Below are positions 9,148 to 17,986 of a DNA stretch of 64,000 nucleotides, piece by piece. The DNA is from Paracoccaceae bacterium (lineage in GTDB: Bacteria; Pseudomonadota; Alphaproteobacteria; Rhodobacterales; Rhodobacteraceae). The stretch is taken from assembly GCA_020622085.1 (NCBI GenBank), contig JAHRYM010000001.1, forward strand, positions 2,411,697-2,475,696, written 5' to 3'. The notes beneath the pieces were generated by a model. That model saw nothing but the letters and a program-made list of their open reading frames with translations, did not search any database and was not told the DNA's origin. The position numbers were made by a program, and so were the translations under genes. The number at the start of each line of letters is the position of its first letter. Positions within the stretch are counted from its first letter, which is position 1.

Positions 9148-9170
9148 CCGCCGCCCGGCTTGGGCGGCGG
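9148..9170 (-). terminator. Rho-independent terminator-like hairpin
   Basis: CCGCCGCCC-ggctt-GGGCGGCGG. On the minus strand it is followed by CTTTATTT. It lies just downstream of the DUF3489 stop codon and may also serve the plus-strand MTase gene. Confidence 0.5.
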
Positions 9171-9197
9171 TCGAGTCGAAGTCGAAGAGGAAGCGGA

Positions 9198-9308
9198 TCA
9201 TGCCACAGGCAATCGATACACCCTTCCCCGCGCGTCATCCTTTTCCGAGCTGACCTCGAGGCCCAGCTTCTTCTTCAATGCCCCGGCCATCGCGCCTCGA
9301 ACCGTGTG
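9198..9308 (-). pseudogene. C-terminal fragment of the interrupted DUF3489-family gene
   Basis: Minus-strand translation gives HTVRGAMAGALKKKLGLEVSSEKDDARGRVYRLPVA*. This continues in frame from ...TGWQS at 12680 once the RIT element is removed. Confidence 0.75.
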
Positions 9309-9336
9309 AGCCTTATGCCGACATCGGCATAAGGCT

Positions 9337-9422
9337 CATTATGCCGACGTCCCGATTATGCCGATGTAGGTCCGTAAGGGATTGAATACCTTCAAGTCCG
9401 TTGCGCCGGAGTCGGCATAATC
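9337..9422. repeat. RIT left inverted repeat with TTATGCCGA sub-repeats
   Basis: CATTATGCCGACGTCCCGATTATGCCGATGTAGG (9337-9370) is the exact reverse complement of 12646-12679. The inner arm 9399-9422 matches 12594-12617 at 22 of 24 positions. Confidence 0.9.
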
Positions 9423-9477
9423 CTCGGGCTTTTGGGCTGGTAACGTCTTCTCGTTCAGATTGAAACGAGGAGATATC

Positions 9478-10692
9478 ATGTTGATCGATCAGAAGAAGAG
9501 ACGAGGCAAGAACCCGGTCACGGACCTTTCCAAAGGGTTCGAGGAGGAGTTGCGGCGGCAGGGATACAGGCCGGGTACGATCTGGAAGCAGCGCAAGCTG
9601 CTCAACGACCTGATCGGCTGGTTACATGGCCAAGAACTCGCGGTGGGCGATTTGTCTGTGGCGCAGGCGGATCAGTTCATGGCTGACCGCCGTGCCGCTG
9701 GCGTGCGCAGGCTGAAGACGCGCAAGGCGCTTGGCCCCATTCTCGACCATTTGCGCGGGCTGGGGCTGGTGCCAGTGGCCGAAGCCCCGGCGGTGGACGG
9801 TCCTGTCGCGGAAGTCCTGAACCGTTACCAACAGTTTCTGACCGCGGAACGTGGGCTGGTCTCGGCGACGGCCCTTCGATACTGCGATTGCCTGCGCCCG
9901 TTTCTGGACCGCAGGCTGTCAGCCGATGGTCTTGACCTCGCAAGCCTGACCGCAGGCGATGTCACCTCCTTCGTGGTGGAGTTTTGCCCGTGTCTGAATG
10001 GCGGGGTGGCGAAGCTGACGGTCACGGCGCTGCGGTCGTTCCTTGGCTTTCTGCATGTGCAGGGCGTGACGGAACGCGCGCTCGTCTCGGCTGTGCCGAC
10101 GGTCTTGCGCCGCCGGCTGGCGGGGTTGCCCAAAGGGCTTGAACCCGATCAGGTTCGGCGTCTGCTTGCAGCCTGCGATGCCAGCACGGTTGTTGGCGAC
10201 CGCGATCTGGCCATCCTGACCCTGCTGATCCGCCTCGGCTTGCGGCGCGACGAGGTGGCGAGACTCGAACTCGGTGACATCGACTGGCGCGCGGGCGCGA
10301 TCCGCCTGCGCGGCAAGGGCGATTGTCATGAGCAGCTTCCCCTTCCGCCGGATGTTGGCCGTCGACTGGCAGACTATCTGCGCCACGCCCGGCCTGCGGA
10401 CGCCTTGGGCCGGACCGTGTTCGTCCGGCATTTTGCGCCCCATCATGCCCTTGGGGCTGCCCGTGTGAGCGGCATCGTGGCGGATGCAGCCAAACGCGCG
10501 GATTTGGGGCGCGTCCACGCCCATCGCCTGCGTCATACGGCGGCAACGGAGTTGTTGCGGGCTGGTGCCTCCTTGCCGGAAATCGGTCAGATCCTGCGTC
10601 ACCGCCGCACCGAGACCACGGCGATCTATGCCAAGGTCGACGAGGGCACCCTGCGCCTGATCGCGCGACCCTGGCCGGAGGGCGCGCCATGA
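9478..10692 (+). CDS. ritA: Tyrosine recombinase, first gene of the trio
   Basis: C-terminal catalytic signature HRLRHTAATELL...TAIYAKV. ATG 9478 preceded by GAGGAG. The symbol is assigned by position in the trio. Confidence 0.85.
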   Translation: MLIDQKKRRGKNPVTDLSKGFEEELRRQGYRPGTIWKQRKLLNDLIGWLHGQELAVGDLSVAQADQFMADRRAAGVRRLKTRKALGPILDHLRGLGLVPVAEAPAVDGPVAEVLNRYQQFLTAERGLVSATALRYCDCLRPFLDRRLSADGLDLASLTAGDVTSFVVEFCPCLNGGVAKLTVTALRSFLGFLHVQGVTERALVSAVPTVLRRRLAGLPKGLEPDQVRRLLAACDASTVVGDRDLAILTLLIRLGLRRDEVARLELGDIDWRAGAIRLRGKGDCHEQLPLPPDVGRRLADYLRHARPADALGRTVFVRHFAPHHALGAARVSGIVADAAKRADLGRVHAHRLRHTAATELLRAGASLPEIGQILRHRRTETTAIYAKVDEGTLRLIARPWPEGAP

Positions 10693-11609
10693 GCCACCTG
10701 CGCAATGCCCTTGCCGATTATCTGACCCTGCGGCGCGCCCTCGGCTACAAGATGGACAAGGCCGAGCGGCTTCTTGGCCAGTTTGCGGCCTTCGCCGAGG
10801 ATCGCGGCGAGACCCATGTCCGGACCGAGACGGCGCTGGCCTGGGCGACCCTGCCTGCCGGTGCTGCTGCGATCTGGACATCAAGACGGCTGGCCGAGGT
10901 TCGCCTCTTCGCGCGGCACCTGCGCACCCTCGACCAAAGGACCGAGGTGCCGCCCGCCGACCTTCTGCCCGCAAAGACCCGCCGTGCAACGCCCTATCTC
11001 TATACGCCGCAGGAGATTGCGGCACTGATGCAGGCCACCGCGATCCTGCGCGGATCGCATGTGCAGGCGACCTACCGGACCTTGATCGGCCTTCTGGCGG
11101 CGACCGGCATGCGGATCGGCGAGGCGATCGCCCTCGACCGCGACGATTTTGACGCGGACAGCGGCATCCTGACGATCAGACATGGCAAGTTCGACAAGGC
11201 GCGTGCCTTGCCGCTGCACCCGACGACCGTCGCGGCGCTGGATGCCTATCTGCGCCGCGATGACCGCCCCCGGCCTGCGGGCATGCCGACCCTGCTGATC
11301 AGTTCACGCGGCAAACGGCTGGGCTATGGAACCGTACACTGGGTCTTCCACAAGCTTCTGCATCACTGCGCCATCGTTCCGCGTTCCGCGGCATGCCGAC
11401 CCCGGATCCACGATCTGCGGCACAGCTTTGCCGTCAGCACCATCGCAGACGACTACCGGGCGGGCGACCCCGGTTCCCGCCTCGCGATCCTGTCCACCTA
11501 TCTCGGCCATGCCGATCCTGGCGATACCTACTGGTATCTGTCGGCGGCGCCAGAACTGTTGACCCTGGCGGGCGAACGGCTCGAGCGCCACCTGGCGGGT
11601 GACGCATGA
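10689..11609 (+). CDS. ritB: Tyrosine recombinase, second gene of the trio
   Basis: Motifs GMRIGEAIAL, HDLRHSFAV and YLGH. ATGA overlap with the previous gene. Confidence 0.85.
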   Translation: MSHLRNALADYLTLRRALGYKMDKAERLLGQFAAFAEDRGETHVRTETALAWATLPAGAAAIWTSRRLAEVRLFARHLRTLDQRTEVPPADLLPAKTRRATPYLYTPQEIAALMQATAILRGSHVQATYRTLIGLLAATGMRIGEAIALDRDDFDADSGILTIRHGKFDKARALPLHPTTVAALDAYLRRDDRPRPAGMPTLLISSRGKRLGYGTVHWVFHKLLHHCAIVPRSAACRPRIHDLRHSFAVSTIADDYRAGDPGSRLAILSTYLGHADPGDTYWYLSAAPELLTLAGERLERHLAGDA

Positions 11610-12595
11610 GTGCGCTGGCCACGACCCTGCAGGCGTTCTTCACCGATCGTCTCATCCGCCAGCGCCAGGTCAGCCCGAACACGGTTCAGGCCTATCGCGA
11701 CACGTTGCGCTTGCTCCTGGTCTTTGCGTCAGAGCGGCACGGCAAAGCGCCGGGCAAACTCGACATCGACGACCTCGATGCGCCGCTGATCGGTGCCTTC
11801 CTCGACCATCTGGAGCGTGATCGACAGAACGGTGTGCGCACCCGCAACGCCCGACTGGCCGCGATCCGGTCCCTGTTCCGCTATGCCGCCCTGCGCCATC
11901 CTGAACATGCCGCCACCATCGAACGGGTTCTGGCGATCCCGCCGAAGCGGTTTGAGCGGCGGCTGGTGACCTGGCTGACGGAACCGGAATTGGGAGCGCT
12001 TCTCGCCGCCCCTGATCGAATGACATGGACCGGGCGGCGCGACGTGGCGCTGTTCGCCCTCGCCGTGCAGACGGGGCTTCGTGCTTCCGAACTGATCGGT
12101 CTGTGCTGCCGCGATGTCCATCTCGGCGCGGGCGCGCATGTGAGTTGCCACGGCAAGGGGCGAAAGCAGCGGATCACGCCACTGACCTCGGGCACCATCG
12201 CCCATCTGCGGGTCTGGCTGGCCGAACGCGCCGGTCAGCCAGAGGCCCCGCTGTTCCCCACGCAGGCCGGCCGCACCCTCAGCCGTGATGCCCTTGAGCA
12301 CAGGCTGGCCAAATACGCCCAGAAGGCCACCGACGCCCGTCCGTCACTGGCGCAAAAGTCGGTGACCATGCATGTCCTGCGCCATTCCGCCGCGATGCGA
12401 TTGCTGCAGGCCGGCATCGATACATCCGTGATCGCGCTCTGGCTCGGCCACGAACAGATCGAAACAACCCAGATCTACCTGCACGCGGATCTGCAGATCA
12501 AGGAGCGCGCCTTGGCAAGAACAGCCCCGATCACGACCAAACCCGGCCGCTTCCGACCGACCGACAAACTCCTCGCATTCCTCGAAGCCCTCTGA
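11606..12595 (+). CDS. ritC: Tyrosine recombinase, third gene of the trio
   Basis: Motifs GLRASELIGL, HVLRHSAAMRLL and TQIYLH. ATGA overlap. The stop lies inside the right inner repeat. Confidence 0.85.
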   Translation: MSALATTLQAFFTDRLIRQRQVSPNTVQAYRDTLRLLLVFASERHGKAPGKLDIDDLDAPLIGAFLDHLERDRQNGVRTRNARLAAIRSLFRYAALRHPEHAATIERVLAIPPKRFERRLVTWLTEPELGALLAAPDRMTWTGRRDVALFALAVQTGLRASELIGLCCRDVHLGAGAHVSCHGKGRKQRITPLTSGTIAHLRVWLAERAGQPEAPLFPTQAGRTLSRDALEHRLAKYAQKATDARPSLAQKSVTMHVLRHSAAMRLLQAGIDTSVIALWLGHEQIETTQIYLHADLQIKERALARTAPITTKPGRFRPTDKLLAFLEAL

Positions 12596-12679
12596 TTATG
12601 CCGACCCCGACGCAACGATTCCCGCCAATAATAAAGGGTTGCAGCCCTACATCGGCATAATCGGGACGTCGGCATAATG
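12594..12679. repeat. RIT right inverted repeat
   Basis: Reverse complement of 9337-9422: the outer 34 bp is perfect and the inner 24 bp has 2 mismatches. It contains three TTATGCCGA/TCGGCATAA 9-mers. Confidence 0.9.
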
Positions 12680-13123
12680 CGACTGCCAGCCAGTGGCTGT
12701 CATGATCTCCTCAATCGTAGCGCCATCGGGCGCGCGCAGCATGGAAATCAGAGTGGCCTGTTTGGTGCCAGAGCGTAGCTTCGGCTGTACGACTGCAACC
12801 AGTGTGGGCGCAGGCGTCTCAGCCGCCTGTTTGCGGATCGCGACCACGGTCTTAACGACCACCGGGTCGATCCCGATGGCCAGCAAGCCAGCATCCGTCA
12901 CCACCAGCGTGGTGCCATGCCCATCGCCAGTCTCGCGCCAAAGTGGCTCATTCCGGCGCAGGTTGGCGTCGACCTCCTGCAGCCAGCCGTGTTCGATCAT
13001 CTTGGTGACGGCCATCTTCGCCGCCGCACCGGCCAACCCCTTGGGAAGTGGCAGGGCGATGTTCTCGGGGCGCTGGGAACCGGCGCTGAGGATGATGGTC
13101 TGGGTTTCGGTAAGTTTCGTCAT
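12647..13123 (-). pseudogene. N-terminal part of the DUF3489-family gene, truncated by the RIT insertion
   Basis: MTKLTETQTIILSAGSQRPENIALPLP...IMTATGWQS is native sequence. The last 10 codons (HYADVPIMPM*) are read from the RIT terminal repeat. Confidence 0.75.
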
Positions 13124-13134
13124 CGCTTGGTCCT

Positions 13135-13371
13135 CTACAGGTCGTGCGTGGCAAGGAAGGCGGTGATGCGCGACATCAGGTCGTTGTGACCTTCGGCATC
13201 CGTGCCGATAATCACGTCGCCGTCGTCGTCTCGTTCCAGATCGGCGATCTCACGCAGCAGCGCGATGGCCTCTTCGCAGGCGGCGAGGCGGTCTGCCTCC
13301 CATGCGGCGGTGATGGCATCCTGCTCGATCTGGTGGCGCTGGGCGGGATCAAGCGGCATGTTCGCCCTCAT
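13135..13371 (-). CDS. Hypothetical small acidic protein
   Basis: ORF in the same minus-strand operon between the DUF3489 gene and 13349..13612. No motif. The start is ambiguous (13371 or 13359). Confidence 0.45.
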   Translation of the reverse strand: MRANMPLDPAQRHQIEQDAITAAWEADRLAACEEAIALLREIADLERDDDGDVIIGTDAEGHNDLMSRITAFLATHDL

Positions 13372-13612
13372 TGAACGCGGCGTCGGTGATCTGGCGCAGC
13401 AGGCTGGCGTAGTGGTTCAGGGCGCCGACGTGGCCCCAGTTGATCTCGTCGGGGTGGGCTTCGAAATGGTCGTCGCTCAGGGCCTTCAGGCGTTCCAGCA
13501 TGGCGTCGATCTGGAACTTGGTGGTCATGAAGGCGTCGAGGGCGTTCGAACGGTTCCTCGAACTGGTGGCGGAACCGGTCTCACTATTGTCGGTCGCGCG
13601 GCGGGTAGTCAT
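13349..13612 (-). CDS. Conserved small phage protein (EINWGHVG motif), paralogue of 62564..62779
   Basis: Aligns by eye with the 71-aa ORF at 62564..62779 (ALDAF..K..ID.ML.RL......HF...P.E.NWGHVG.L.HY...L..IT D.AF.EGEHA). The start is set at ATG 13612. Confidence 0.65.
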   Translation of the reverse strand: MTTRRATDNSETGSATSSRNRSNALDAFMTTKFQIDAMLERLKALSDDHFEAHPDEINWGHVGALNHYASLLRQITDAAFNEGEHAA

Positions 13613-13693
13613 GGCGTGGTCGTCCTTCGGTGAGTTGCATCGTTCTGGTGCCATCAGAATCGCTCTTGTCCGAAGTGTAATCAACTAAATAAC

Positions 13694-13710
13694 AAGCAAT
13701 TTCATTGCTT
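13694..13710. promoter_or_regulatory. Perfect palindrome AAGCAAT-ttc-ATTGCTT in a divergent AT-rich intergenic region
   Basis: Read directly from the sequence. It lies between the minus-strand small-gene operon and terS. Function not established. Confidence 0.3.
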
Positions 13711-13715
13711 TAGAT

Positions 13716-14267
13716 GTGGCGGACAACAGCATGGAAGGTATGTCCGAGCGGGAATACTCCGCCCATTCCGGCCTCTCGCGTGGGGCCATCCAGAAGGCGC
13801 GCCGCGCCAGCCGCCTGGTGGTTTACAGCGACGGCTCGATCAACGCGGCCGCTTCCGATGTGCGCCGCGCGGACATGACCGACCCGGACCAGCAACGACG
13901 CAGCACTGGCGGCGACAGCGGGTTTTCCGGGCCAGCGGACAGCTCGTCCTACCTGAAGGCCCGCACGGCGCTGACGGTTTACCAGGCGCAGGACAAGCAG
14001 CTTGGCATCCAGAAAAAGAAGGGCACGCTGGTCGACCGGGCCCGGGCGGAAGCGCTGGTGTTCCGGTTGGCCCGGCAGGAGCGCGACGCATGGGTGACCT
14101 GGCCCAACAGAGTGGCAGCGCTGATGGCGGCCGAAGTGGCCTTGGGAGTGGAGAAACAAACCGGAACGCCGGTGATCATCGAGGCCGCGATCCTGCAGAG
14201 GGTGTTGGAAGCCCATGTCAGACAGCACCTCGACGACCTCGCCGATCTCAGGGTCAGCCTCGGATAG
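13716..14267 (+). CDS. Terminase small subunit
   Basis: N-terminal HTH (EYSAHSGLSRGAIQKARR). Lies immediately upstream of terL and overlaps it. The C-terminal half aligns with 53015..53542. The start codon is uncertain (GTG 13716 or a downstream ATG). Confidence 0.65.
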   Translation: MADNSMEGMSEREYSAHSGLSRGAIQKARRASRLVVYSDGSINAAASDVRRADMTDPDQQRRSTGGDSGFSGPADSSSYLKARTALTVYQAQDKQLGIQKKKGTLVDRARAEALVFRLARQERDAWVTWPNRVAALMAAEVALGVEKQTGTPVIIEAAILQRVLEAHVRQHLDDLADLRVSLG

Positions 14268-16269
14268 CGATGACCTGACCGGAGACCAGCTGACAGACGG
14301 GCTCGACCTCGGGTTTGACGGGGCCGAGGACATCCTGCGCAGCTGGCGCAAGGGCATGCGTCCCGACCCAGACTTGACCGTGTCGGAATGGGCGGATGAA
14401 CATCGCTGGCTGTCGTCTCGCGGTGCGGCCGAACCGGGGCGCTATCGCACGGCCCGCGCGCCCTACCTGCGCGAGATCATGGATGCGCTGTCACCTCGCC
14501 ACCCGGCGCAGCGTGTGACCTTCATGAAGGCGGCACAGGTTGGCGCGACCGAGGCAGGCAACAACTGGATCGGCTTCGTCATTCATCATGCGCCGGGGCC
14601 GATGCTGGCGATATTGCCATCGCTGGAACTCGCCAAGCGCACGTCGCGCGGTCGTCTTGATCCGCTGATCGCGGATAGCCCGGCGCTGCGCGAACGGGTC
14701 AACCCTGCCCGGTCGCGCGATGCAGGCAATTCGATGCTGTCGAAGGAATTCCCCGGCGGCATCCTGGTGCTGACCGGTGCCAACAGCGCCACCGGCCTGC
14801 GGTCGATGCCTGCGCGCTACATCTTTCTGGACGAGGTCGACGCCTATCCGGCGTCGGCCGACGAGGAAGGTGATCCGGTCACGCTGGCTGAGGCGCGGAC
14901 CACCACCTTCTCGCACCGGCGCAAGGTGTTCATCGTCTCGACCCCGACGATCCGGGGGCTGAGCCGGATCGAGCGCGAGTTCGAGGCATCGGACCAGCGC
15001 CGGTATTTCGTGCCCTGCCCCCATTGTGGGGCGATGCAGTGGCTGCAGTTCGAACGCCTGCGTTGGGACAGAGGTCGGCCTGACACCGCCGCTTACCACT
15101 GCGAAGGCTGCGAAAAGCCCATCGCCGAGCATCACAAGACGCGGATGCTGGAACGTGGCGAGTGGCGGGCAACGACAGTGTCTGCTGATCCGCATTCGAT
15201 CGGCTTTCACATCTCGGCGCTTTACTCGCCGCTGGGCTGGAAAAGCTGGCAGCAGATCGCCCGCGAATGGCTGGCGGCGCAAGGCTCGGAAGAGATGCTG
15301 CGCGTCGCCCGCAACACCCTGCTGGGCGAAACTTGGGTCGAAAGCGGCGACGCACCGGAATGGCAACGACTGGCCGAACGCCGCGAGGCCTATGGCGGTC
15401 TGCAGGTTCCGATGGGCGGGTTGTTCCTGACGGCTGGTGTCGATGTACAGAAGGATCGCATCGAGGTCGACGTGTGGGCCTGGGGCCGGGGGTTGGAGTC
15501 CTGGCTGGTCGATCACATCGTCATTGCTGGTGGCCCCGACGATCCGGCCTGCTGGGACAAGCTGACTGCTTTGCTTGGCCGCACATGGGCCTGCGCCAAT
15601 GGCGCGGTGATGGTGATTGGCAAGCTGGCCATCGACACAGGCTATGAGGCCCCGGCGGTTTACGCATGGGCGCGCAAGCAAGGGTTCGACCAGGTGGCCC
15701 CGATCAAGGGTCTGGAAGGCTTTAACCGCGCCACGCCGGTGTCGGGGCCGACCTTTGTCGACGCGACCATCGGCGGCAAGCGTCTGCGCCGGGGCGCAAG
15801 GCTCTGGTCGGTGGCCACGGCGACGTTCAAGACCGAGACTTATCGCTTTCTGCGGCTGGAGCGTCCGAGCGATGAGGACCGGGCGCTGGGCGTGCTCGAC
15901 GCCCCCGGTACCGTGCACTTGCCCGACTGGATCGACACCGAATGGCTGAAGCAGCTGGTGGCCGAACAGCTGGTCACCGTGCGCAACAAGCGCGGCTATG
16001 CGCACCCCGAATGGCAGAAGATGCGCGAGAGGAACGAGGCCCTAGACACCCGGGTCTATGCGCGTGCCGCGGCATGGATCATGGGCGCCGATCGTTGGGA
16101 CGAGGCGACCTGGCGGCGGCTGGAAGCGCAGGCCGGGGTGGAAACCCGACCATCTGTGCAGGCTGCAACCCCTGCAGAACCGGCCGCGCCAACGCCGCCA
16201 AAGGCCGGAACACCGACAACGCCCCGGCGCAAACGCCGGGCCTACACACCGAACTTCATGAGGGACTGA
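14215..16269 (+). CDS. Terminase large subunit, lambda GpA family
   Basis: Segments typical of GpA: VSEWADEHRWLS, FMKAAQVGATEAGNNW, IFLDEVDAYP and the Cys cluster CPHCG...CEGC. Confidence 0.9.
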   Translation: MSDSTSTTSPISGSASDSDDLTGDQLTDGLDLGFDGAEDILRSWRKGMRPDPDLTVSEWADEHRWLSSRGAAEPGRYRTARAPYLREIMDALSPRHPAQRVTFMKAAQVGATEAGNNWIGFVIHHAPGPMLAILPSLELAKRTSRGRLDPLIADSPALRERVNPARSRDAGNSMLSKEFPGGILVLTGANSATGLRSMPARYIFLDEVDAYPASADEEGDPVTLAEARTTTFSHRRKVFIVSTPTIRGLSRIEREFEASDQRRYFVPCPHCGAMQWLQFERLRWDRGRPDTAAYHCEGCEKPIAEHHKTRMLERGEWRATTVSADPHSIGFHISALYSPLGWKSWQQIAREWLAAQGSEEMLRVARNTLLGETWVESGDAPEWQRLAERREAYGGLQVPMGGLFLTAGVDVQKDRIEVDVWAWGRGLESWLVDHIVIAGGPDDPACWDKLTALLGRTWACANGAVMVIGKLAIDTGYEAPAVYAWARKQGFDQVAPIKGLEGFNRATPVSGPTFVDATIGGKRLRRGARLWSVATATFKTETYRFLRLERPSDEDRALGVLDAPGTVHLPDWIDTEWLKQLVAEQLVTVRNKRGYAHPEWQKMRERNEALDTRVYARAAAWIMGADRWDEATWRRLEAQAGVETRPSVQAATPAEPAAPTPPKAGTPTTPRRKRRAYTPNFMRD

Positions 16270-16270
16270 G

Positions 16271-16486
16271 ATGGATCTGGAACGGATGCGCGCCCTGTTG
16301 GCAGCACTTCAGGAGGCCCGATACGCGGGCGTCCGGTCGGTCAGCTATGATGGGAAATCGATCAACTATGGCTCGGACGCGGAACTGGCAAACGCCATCA
16401 GCGATCTGGAAACCCGGATTGCCACGGCCACAACCGGTACGCCGCGCCGTCGGCGCTGGGGCACGGTCGCTTCGAAGGGTCTGTGA
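16271..16486 (+). CDS. gpW-like head-tail joining protein
   Basis: A 71-aa ORF between terL and portal, as in lambda. Paralogue of 61683..61892. Confidence 0.65.
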   Translation: MDLERMRALLAALQEARYAGVRSVSYDGKSINYGSDAELANAISDLETRIATATTGTPRRRRWGTVASKGL

Positions 16487-16489
16487 TCC

Positions 16490-17986
16490 GTGGCGTTCGA
16501 GGCTTTCCGCCAGCGTCTGGGGTCGATCATCGGCGGGTTCGACGCGGCTCAAGCCCACAGGCGGCTTCGCGGTTTCCGCGCCAGCCGCGCGCATGTGAAC
16601 ACCCTGATCGCGGCCTCGGGCGACACGATCACCGCCCGGGCGCGCTGGCTGGTCCGCAACAACGGCTATGCGGCGAACGCGGTGGAGTCCTTCGCCAGCA
16701 ATGTCGTCGGCGATGGCATCAAGCCTTCGTCGACCATCGCGGATGCCGCCAAGAAGGACGAACTCCAAACGCTGTGGCTGGCCTGGACCGATAATGCCGA
16801 TGCCGAAGGGCTGACGGATTTCTACGGGCTGCAGCGGCGAGCTGCGCGCGAGGTGTTCCTGTCGGGCGAGGTGTTCATCCGCATCCGGCCGCGCCGGGCC
16901 GAGGACGGTCTGACGGTGCCACTCCAGCTGCAGATGCTTCCGGCCGAGATGCTGCCTCTCGACATGAACCGCACCCTGCCCAGCGCAGGCTTGATCCGGC
17001 AGGGGATCGAGTTCGACGGCATCGGCCGCCGCGTCGCCTATCACTTCCTGCGCCGCCATCCCGGTGATCTCACCGATCCCGGCCTTGCGGGCGAAACCGT
17101 CCGCGTCGCGGCTGGCGATGTGATCCATGTCCTCGACCCCGTCGAGGCTGGCCAGCTGCGCGGCGTGTCACGCTTCGCCGCCGCCATCGTGAAATTGTTT
17201 ACGCTGGACCTCTATGATGATGCGGAACTGGAGCGGAAGAAGATCGCGGCGATGTTCGCGATGTTCATCACCTCCCCCGCCCCGGAAACGCCGCTGGAAC
17301 CGACCGAAGAGGATCTGGAGGTTGAACCCGGCCAAGTCGTGCGTCTCGATCCCGGCGAAGATGTCTCGACCCCGGCGACACCTGACTCGGGTGGCACCTA
17401 TGAGCCGTTCCAGTACCGAACCCTGCTGCAAATCGCGGCAGCGCTGGGCGTGCCCTACGGCTATCTGACCGGCGACACGGCCAAGGGCAACTTCTCGAAC
17501 ACCCGGATTTCGCTGATCGAGTTCCGGCGTCGCATCTCGGCCTGGCAGCACGGCGTGCTGGTCTTTCAGCTTTGTCGCGCGGTCTGGGTGCGCTGGATGG
17601 ACACCGCCGTGCTGTCGGGGGCCTTGGACCTGCCCGGTTATGACAGCCAGCGGCGGCAATATCAGGCCTGCGCCTGGTTGCCCACGAAGTGGGACTGGAT
17701 CGACCCGATGAAGGACGCCTCGGCTGAGATCCTGCAGATCGAGGCGGGTCTGAAATCTCGGACACAAGCCTTGGCAGAGCGTGGGTACGACGCTGAACAG
17801 GTCGACCGCGAAATCGCCGCCGAGCGCAAGCGCGAAGCGGAACTGGGCCTCGACTTCCGGCGGCCGGGGTCACCGGCGCAAGGGCCGGGCGAAGGAGGGG
17901 AGAAAGATGCGGATAAGGACAGTGGCAAAGACGACGAGGCCGCCGACATCGGCGATGAAAAACCCGATCCAAAGGAGGGCGCATGA
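16490..17986 (+). CDS. Portal protein, lambda family
   Basis: About 500 aa, follows gpW. Conserved blocks RWLVRNNGYAANAVESFASNVVGDGIKP and LTDFYGLQ. Alignable to 58479..59888. Confidence 0.9.
   Translation: MAFEAFRQRLGSIIGGFDAAQAHRRLRGFRASRAHVNTLIAASGDTITARARWLVRNNGYAANAVESFASNVVGDGIKPSSTIADAAKKDELQTLWLAWTDNADAEGLTDFYGLQRRAAREVFLSGEVFIRIRPRRAEDGLTVPLQLQMLPAEMLPLDMNRTLPSAGLIRQGIEFDGIGRRVAYHFLRRHPGDLTDPGLAGETVRVAAGDVIHVLDPVEAGQLRGVSRFAAAIVKLFTLDLYDDAELERKKIAAMFAMFITSPAPETPLEPTEEDLEVEPGQVVRLDPGEDVSTPATPDSGGTYEPFQYRTLLQIAAALGVPYGYLTGDTAKGNFSNTRISLIEFRRRISAWQHGVLVFQLCRAVWVRWMDTAVLSGALDLPGYDSQRRQYQACAWLPTKWDWIDPMKDASAEILQIEAGLKSRTQALAERGYDAEQVDREIAAERKREAELGLDFRRPGSPAQGPGEGGEKDADKDSGKDDEAADIGDEKPDPKEGA

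Larger units (their letters stand above)
9309..12679 (+). mobile_element. RIT (recombinase-in-trio) element: three overlapping tyrosine recombinase genes with long terminal inverted repeats
   Basis: Perfect 34-bp terminal IRs (9337-9370 vs 12646-12679) plus an inner 22/24 IR. Three tandem integrase-family genes with ATGA overlaps. The flanks rejoin into one intact reading frame. Confidence 0.85.
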
